Assembly: GCF_001194135.2 (NCBI RefSeq) | Contig: NC_069006.1 | Location: forward strand, 15,197,840 to 15,254,172 | Direction: 5' to 3' | Length of the DNA stretch: 56,333 nucleotides | From: Octopus bimaculoides | Lineage: Eukaryota | Part shown: piece after piece, positions 49,548 to 56,333 of the stretch | How the letters are laid out: every line of letters starts with the position of its first letter | How positions within the stretch are numbered: position 1 is the stretch's first letter | The notes under the pieces: generated by a model | Database searches by the model: none | What the model saw: only the letters and a program-made list of their open reading frames with translations | Told to the model about the DNA's origin: nothing | Translations under genes and position numbers: made by a program

Positions 49548-49866
49548 AAGGCGCGTGGCTTAGTGGTTAGGACATTCGGCTCCCGATCCTAAGGTCGTGA
49601 GTTCAATTCCCGGCGACGCGTTGTGTCCTTAAGCAAGACACTTTATTTCACGTTGCTCCAGTTCACTCAGCTGGCAAAAATGAGTAGTACCTGTATTTCA
49701 AAGGACCGGCCTTGTCACACTCTGTGTCACGCTGAATCTCCCTGAGAACTACGTTAGGGGAACACGTGTCTGTGGATTGCTCAGTCACTTGCACATTTAT
49801 TTCACGAGCAGGCTGTTCTGTTGATCGTATCAGCTGGGACCCTCGTCGTCGTAACCGACGGAGTAC
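49548..49866 (+). mobile_element. SINE family E, full length
   Basis: A-box TGGCTTAGTGGTTAGG, B-box GAGTTCAATTCC, core gtgtccttaagcaagacact; 3' half shared with family D. Confidence 0.9.
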
Positions 49867-50705
49867 ATATATATTTTGTCAAACTCCGGGAGGATAAATA
49901 AGCAAAATCTACTCTGGCGGGATTTGAACATAGAACGGTTAGTACCTTAGATAATTTACAATCTCTGCCAGTCCTTAAAAATCGAAGAACATTAAGATTG
50001 TGTTGAAAATGATATATGAGGAGAATGTAAAACAAAACAAAAAAAATCATAAGAAGGGTTATAGATAGATAGATAGATAGATAGAAATAGTGAGACAGAG
50101 AAATAATATTGTGTTAGATGAACAAAGGAAAACAAGTTTTTGCTGGCCAATTTCTAAGATTCCTTTTTTAATGAAAAACAAACAGACACTGTATACAATA
50201 TTTCTTTTTTCTCCTCTCATTTGCATAATTGTAAAAATTCTGAATTATCTGCCGCTAATCTTTTTCAATCACAAATTTAATCTTTCTGAATTAAAGTGTG
50301 TTGATTTTGTTTTTCTCTGTATTTATTTTATATATTTATCCTTTCGTGTTTCTTTGTATATTTATTTATCCTTTCGCTCTTTATCTTCTTTTCGTCTTTC
50401 TTTCTTCATTCTTTTATTTTCTTTATTTGTTTGTGTATTTATTAATGTACTTATTTATTTCTCACATCCTTCATTCATTGCTGTGAATATTTCTAACACA
50501 CTTCTATTATTCTACTCGTGTTCGAACTTCAACAACCTCCACTATGGGACAGACTCAACTATGGAACAAAATCGTAGCCACAATCGACATCTCTAATGTA
50601 TTAGGAAAGAATATTATAAAGATCATCCGTACTTTCAGGCATTCAAACAGTAATAAACGGTTTTACAAAGCGTGACATTTTCATGAGCCCTACTATTTAA
50701 GATGT

Positions 50706-50917
50706 CTGCGATGATCAATTCATCGCAGGAGAGTTCACTGCTAACAGTTCACCGTGAAGAAAGTTTACTGCGAGAAAAGTTCACCACAAGGAAAGTGTAC
50801 CCAGAAAATATATCCATAGTATCTCACCATTAATAGTTTTAAATTATTTTATCGGGAAAATAAACGGTGACTTGATGACGGTTAACTTTCTCTGCAGTGA
50901 TTTGATGACGGCGAACT
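50706..50917. repeat. Inverted arrays of a 9-bp AGTTCACYG motif at 14-16-bp spacing plus a 9-bp hairpin
   Basis: Motifs at 50732, 50746, 50762, 50778, 50794; reverse-complement motifs at 50865, 50879, 50895, 50909. Hairpin CTGCGATGA-tcaat-TCATCGCAG at 50706-50728. Confidence 0.6.
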
Positions 50918-51104
50918 TAGCAGACATGCTGGTGATCATTTGGTTGGTAGCATCGGTTGAGCGACAGACGATACTTAGATGTGTATCACTGTATCAACAA
51001 TACCTTCGGATGTTGCTCTACACCTCTGGTCATAACACGCTACTACGCAATGTCGTAGCTTTCGTATTATACCATATTGCTGGTTAGACGTGTAGGCTTA
51101 CAGG

Positions 51105-51215
51105 TGAATGAACTGATGCGAAGTGGAATGAAGTATTTTGCTCAAGAAGACAATGCACTACCTATACGGGAATCGAAAGCACGGTTTTGATCTTGAGTAC
51201 AACACCCTAACCACA
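51105..51215 (-). mobile_element. Degraded E/F-type SINE head
   Basis: gtgaatgaactgatgcgaagtggaatgaagtattttgctcaagaagacaatgcac...gggaatcgaa...ccctaaccac. Confidence 0.55.
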
Positions 51216-51332
51216 AGTAAAAGGACCTTTGTATTTCGATATGAATGTTTGTATATAAATGATGTTTGTATAATGAACGAGCTGTGAAACTTTAACCGTT
51301 ATCATTACGATGAGATAAAAGAAAAGTATCAG

Positions 51333-51437
51333 TGGTGTGTCAGGAAGATTCTGCCTTTCCTCCTTTCCAGGTGGATAAAATATGTACCAATCAAGTACTG
51401 AAGTTGCTGGCCTTGTGTCAAAATTTGAAATCAATAT
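51333..51437 (+). mobile_element. Degraded family A SINE fragment
   Basis: gattctgcctttcctcctttccaggtggataaaatatgtacc...gctggccttgtgtcaaaatttgaaa. Confidence 0.55.
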
Positions 51438-52780
51438 TACCGTGTCGGTGGTTTTGCGCTTGTACAGGTCCTCCCAGTGACGGTGCGGTGCTTGTATGAG
51501 AGTACGACGGTTATACTATGATGTGGGAACAGGGCTATAGTACTGGACTTGTGTGGTGGTGGTGGTGGTGTGAGTTTCCGGTACCTTTAATTGGCCCCGT
51601 TGCTGTGCTACTTTGAGGTGCAATGATGACTTTGTGAGTTCTTTGGGTTAGCACGTCCTGGAGACATTGCCGATTGTCTAAGTGTGGTTTGCGAGTTAGA
51701 TGTTGGTATCCAGTGATGCAAATATTGGCGTGGTGGAGGTTTTGCGAAGGTGCAGTGCTTTAAAGGGACAGTGGGGTGATTTTATGGTGATAGTACGACG
51801 GTCATGTGATAATTTGAGAAGAGAGTGATAGAATAGGATTTGTGTGATGGTGGTGGTGGTGGTGGTGGTGGTGGAAGAGGGTTTGTGTGACGGTGCGGTT
51901 TTTAACTGGTTTGTTTGATGTGTTGTGTTGGTTTTGGTGTTTGTATGCGTGAGTGTGCATCAATGCATATTTGCATGCATATGTGAGTACACACATACAA
52001 GTATATGTGTCTGCCATTGTGTGCGTTGCTCTGTGTGTCTCTATGACTGTGTATATGTGTGCATTCATGCTTATCCATTCATGCATGTGTGTGTATGTAT
52101 GTGCATGTGTGTATGTGTGTGTAGTTTGCTAAAGCGAGACGGTGAGGTAGTGGACGGTGTAGTGGTGTAGCGAGATGCGCCGCAGGACGGTGGTAGAGTT
52201 TATGGAGGTGGCGGCGGCACGAGTGTCGTCGTGGTTGTAGAGGTTGCGGCGTTGTTGTTGCTGCTGTTGGCTGTGGTGGTGGCGTTCCTGTCGGTGTTGG
52301 TGGTGGTGTTTATAGTGGTGGCAGCAGGGGTGACGTGCTGGTGGTGTTGTTAGCTGAGGTAGCGGGCGTTTGCAGTGGTCGTGGCGTTTGTGGTGGAGCT
52401 GGCGATGGCGACGATAGCGGCGCTGGAAACGGTGGTGGCTGCAGCGATAGTGTTAGCGGTGGTGAATTTCGCAATGTGGTTGCGGGTAAAGTGGTGCGGG
52501 GTGGTACGACTAAGTTGTGGTGATATGCTATGTCTCACATGGCGGTGCTGATATGGCCGCCGTACCTTTGATGTGTTGTGTTAGATGTGGTGTTTGCGGT
52601 GCGTCTATAAGTGTCTCTACACGTGTTGTAATACGCGTGCATTTATGTGTGCGCATGTGTGAGTGAATGTCTCTGTGTGCTTGTATTTATATATGTATAT
52701 ACGTGTTTATGTATGCGTTTATATGAGCGTATATCGATAAACGCATGTGTGTATTTATGTATCTGTTTGCTTATGGTGTG

Positions 52781-52819
<39 letters not shown>

Positions 52820-53255
52820 TCATGTATGTGTTTAAGTATATGTTGCTTATGTGTGTGTATGTGTGTGAATATACGTGCATCAGTGTGTGTATAAGTATGC
52901 ATATGTACGTAAATGTGATTATATGCTGATGTTTTGATGGTGTTGTACATACGCTGAGGGTATATACAAGCCACTTTGTATGAGTGTGTACATGTTATGC
53001 GACTGTGAGTGTGTATGTGTTATGCGACTGTGAGTGTGTATGTGTTGATATATCTACAGGCATCTATGTGTGCGTATGTGCTAATATATGTCTGTGTTAT
53101 ATACACGCATATGTATCTGTATGCGTGTATATACATATGAATGTATATATTTGTACGCATACATGTATGGACGTATATATGTATATTTATATATGTATAG
53201 AAGTATGTGTATGTATGTATATATATAAGACATACATGCATATATATATATAAAG

Positions 53256-53344
<89 letters not shown>

Positions 53345-53719
53345 CACACACTCACGCATATACGCATGTCCTCCTTCGAGGTTGTACACGAGTATAAAAA
53401 TGTGTATGTGTTCATGTATGCGTGCGCGTGTGTATGCTTGGGAGTTAAGAATGTCAGTGGTGGTGGTGGTGATGATAGCGGCGGCAGTGGTGGTACATTA
53501 TGCTGAATGTGGTAGTGTGCCATTGCAAGGTGGTGGTGGTGGTGGTGGTGGTAGCGATGGTGGTGACTTCATGTTTTGGTAAACAATATTGTAGTGTTGT
53601 TTTTCTTGTTTAACCGCAGGTCAACTGTGACCGAGTTAAACTACGTTCAAACACTTTCCAACACTGACTGTCCACACTGTTTTTCTCATATATCAACAAA
53701 TATACATTAAAGAGTTCAA

Positions 53720-53903
53720 GGTGGCGTGCTGACAGAATCTTTAGCACGCCGAACTAAATGCTTAGCGGTATATCGTCCGTACTTACGTTCTGAGTTCAAA
53801 TTTCGCCGAGATCGATTTTGCTTTTCATCCTTTCGGGGTCGATAAATTAATTACCAGTTGCGTACTTGGGTCGATCTAGTCGACTGGCCTCCTCCCACAA
53901 AAT
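53720..53903 (+). mobile_element. SINE family A
   Basis: ggcgtgctgacagaatc...gagttcaaatttcgccgagatcgattttgcttttcatcctttcggggtcgataaatt...ctcccacaaaat. Confidence 0.9.
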
Positions 53904-54022
53904 CCACTCACAAGGCTTTGGTCAGCCCGAGGCTATACTAGAAGGCACGTGCCACGCAGTGAGACTGAACCCAGAAACATGTGGTTGGGAAGCAATCTTC
54001 TTAGCATACAGTCACTCCTCCG
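53904..54022 (-). mobile_element. SINE family B 5' half, tail-to-tail with the family A copy
   Basis: ccactcacaaggctttggtcagcccgaggctata...gccacgcagtgagactgaacccag. Confidence 0.85.
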
Positions 54023-55439
54023 ACTATATATGTGTATTGTGTGTGTGTGTCTGTGTGTGTGTGTGTGTTTGTGCCTCATCGCCGATGCACAACCAATCCT
54101 GGTTGTGTTTACGACCCCGTAACTGTCTTGTTTCGGTCAAAAACCCGATAAATTAAGAACCAGTTGTGAATAATATGTTGGAGACTGTAATATCAGTGTG
54201 GACATCAAGTTCTCATGAAGACCATAACGTTTTGGATTCAAACCCTCTGCATAGGACCATAAGTGACAACCAACAGAGACATGTATGTATATATGTATGT
54301 ACGTTTTTATGTATCTGCTTATGTATGCATGTATGTATGTATTACGTAAGTTTGTACGTAAGTATATATGTATGTACGTTTTTATGTATGTACGTATGTA
54401 CGTATATATGTATGCACGTGTGTGTATGCATTACGTACGCATGTATTACGTATTAATGCATATGTTTCTTTCTGTGGTTAAATATGTAGGTTCTTCCTGT
54501 GAGGAAAGAGCTGGTTTCTAATAAAGAGACATTGCTCCATCGTTGGAATGGAGTTCAAGAAAACAATGTCACATTTTAAAAATGAGAATAGTCTTGCATA
54601 TTACCATTGTTCCGCTAACAGATCGTATTCGTTAAATGGGAGTCGGTGGATTTCTTTTTCAGAAAATCCTATCTTATCATCCAGATTGTCCCTTATTGGT
54701 ATAAATGTGAATCTGGATATAGAAGCAGGAGTTTCGAAACAGTTGTTCACAGTTATATTCTCTGCCTTTGTTGTTCAAAGAGAAACAGCAGGTAGTTGGG
54801 GGTAGTGGTGAAGTAGATATAGCGTTGGTGGGGGTATATTATCATGGTGAAGTTTCTGATGATAGCATTGGATGTAGCTTCTTTTTTTTATGTTAGTGAT
54901 GATGATGATGATGATGATGGTAGATGTGGTGGTTGAGGTGGAGTTGGTGATAGTGATGGAGATGATGGTACCTTAGTAGTCATAAAAAATGTCTGCATAT
55001 TGTTGCCGGTGGTTCTACGTGCGATGGTTGTTGTAGTGGCTGTAGTTGTGGTGGTTGTCGCAATGGTGATGGCAGTAGTAGTAGTAGTAGTAGTAGTAGT
55101 AGCAGTAGCAGCAGCAGCAGCTATAGTAATAGTAGTTATAACAGCAGCATCAGTAGAGGCGGCAGCAGCAGTAATAGTAGTTGTGGTGGTGGTTGTGGTG
55201 GTGGTGATCGTGATAGTTATGATGGTGGTGTTAGCGTTGACTATGGTAATGGTAATGATGATGGTGTGAAAGTGGTGGTGGTGGTGGGGGTTCTAGTGGT
55301 GGTGGTGGTGATGGTTATGTTAGATGTTACCTAATTAGTTGCAAATTTCTTCAGCCTACTTGGTTGTTTAATTAGACGGAACTGCTTGTTTTGCTCCATT
55401 GATCAATCAATCGTTGGTGGTGGGCAAGGGAGGGAAGTA

Positions 55440-55858
55440 GTCACAGAGAGAGAGAGAGAAAGAGTGAAAGAGAGGGACAGAGTGAGAGAGGGAAAGGAAA
55501 GGAGAGATAGCGAGAGACAATGAGAAACAAAATCGGGAGAAGGAAATGATAAAAGGAGAGAGGGAGTGAGAAACAGAGAGAAACAGAAAGAGAAACAGAG
55601 AGAGAGAGAGAAAGATGGAGGTAAAGAGAGAGAGAAAGAGAGAGATGGAGAAAAGAAAGAAAGAAATCAAGGAATGATGTGAGAGAGAGAAGTTGAGACA
55701 AAAAAGAAAAGAGAGAGAGGAGGAGAATCTAGAAATAAATGGACATATAAAGATAGATAGACAGACGGAGAGATAGACAGACTGGCAGACATATAGATAG
55801 ACACACACGTAGACAGACAGACAGACTGATAGACAGATAGATAGACAGATAGATAGAC

Positions 55859-55891
<33 letters not shown>

Positions 55892-55976
55892 CACACACAA
55901 ATAGACATACAGACAGACATATAGATAGAGAGAGAGAGAGACTGACAGACATATAGATAGACACAAATAGACACAG

Positions 55977-56007
<31 letters not shown>

Positions 56008-56333
56008 GACACACACACAGACATACAGACAGACATAGATAGAGGGAGAGAGAGACAGACAGACAGACTGACAGACATATAGATAGACACAAATACAGAC
56101 AGATAGATAGACACACACAAATAGACATACAGACAGACATATAGATAGAGGGAGAGAGAGAGAGGGAGAGATAGACAGACAGAGACTGACAGACAGACAG
56201 ATAGATAGATAGACACAAATACAGACAGATAGATAGACACACACAAATAGACATACAGACAGACATATAGATAGAGAGAGGGAGAGAGAGAGAGAGAGAG
56301 ATAGACAGACAGACAGAGACTGACAGACAGACA
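55440..56333. repeat. Purine-rich (GA)/(GATA)/(GACA) compound satellite
   Basis: Direct reading; explains the S/L/I/Y/C/V-rich minus-strand ORFs. Confidence 0.95.

Noticed and set aside
19930-49620. tRNA-like A/B boxes at about 20300, 25250 and 49560 as tRNA genes
   Set aside because: They continue into SINE bodies, lack a proper acceptor stem, and one copy has a TSD.
51440-52600. GC-richer Gly/Val/Ala-type ORFs
   Set aside because: Degenerate (GGT/GGC/TG)n repeats; likewise 53450-53570 and 54830-55320.
108-56266. The many supplied ORFs rich in YI, HT, CV, SL, poly-I, poly-L or poly-X
   Set aside because: They are translations of (TA)n, (CA)n, (TC)n, (AAT)n and (GATA)n tracts or of N gaps, with no coding signal.

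Overview
AT-rich, repeat-saturated eukaryotic non-coding DNA from a short-read assembly: about 6.7 kb of N in 16 gaps, many abutting (TA)n/(CA)n tracts. The SINE repertoire and microsatellite density suggest an Octopus-type cephalopod genome (inference from recalled repeat motifs). I cannot support any host protein-coding gene, rRNA, true tRNA or CRISPR array. Nearly all ORFs in the supplied track are artefacts of microsatellites or N runs. What is present: (i) many tRNA-derived SINEs built from shared modules, three with clear target-site duplications; (ii) three Penelope-like (PLE) loci, one a composite at 4.2-6.1 kb with a near-canonical hammerhead ribozyme fold and an ORF missing its RT core; (iii) a gag/ORF1-only element at 20.5-22.6 kb bracketed by about 300-bp direct repeats, each carrying a TATA box, a 13-bp stem-loop and a (CATTT)-type tail, with no RT. 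This is the most unusual object in the window; (iv) decayed RTE, R4/Dong-like and Tx1-like LINE fragments and Tc1/mariner remnants; (v) fold-back elements, including a palindrome with a TTAGGG-repeat loop; (vi) a 28-bp minisatellite that arose from a SINE 3' end. All family assignments come from motifs read by eye and need Dfam/Repbase/HMM confirmation.
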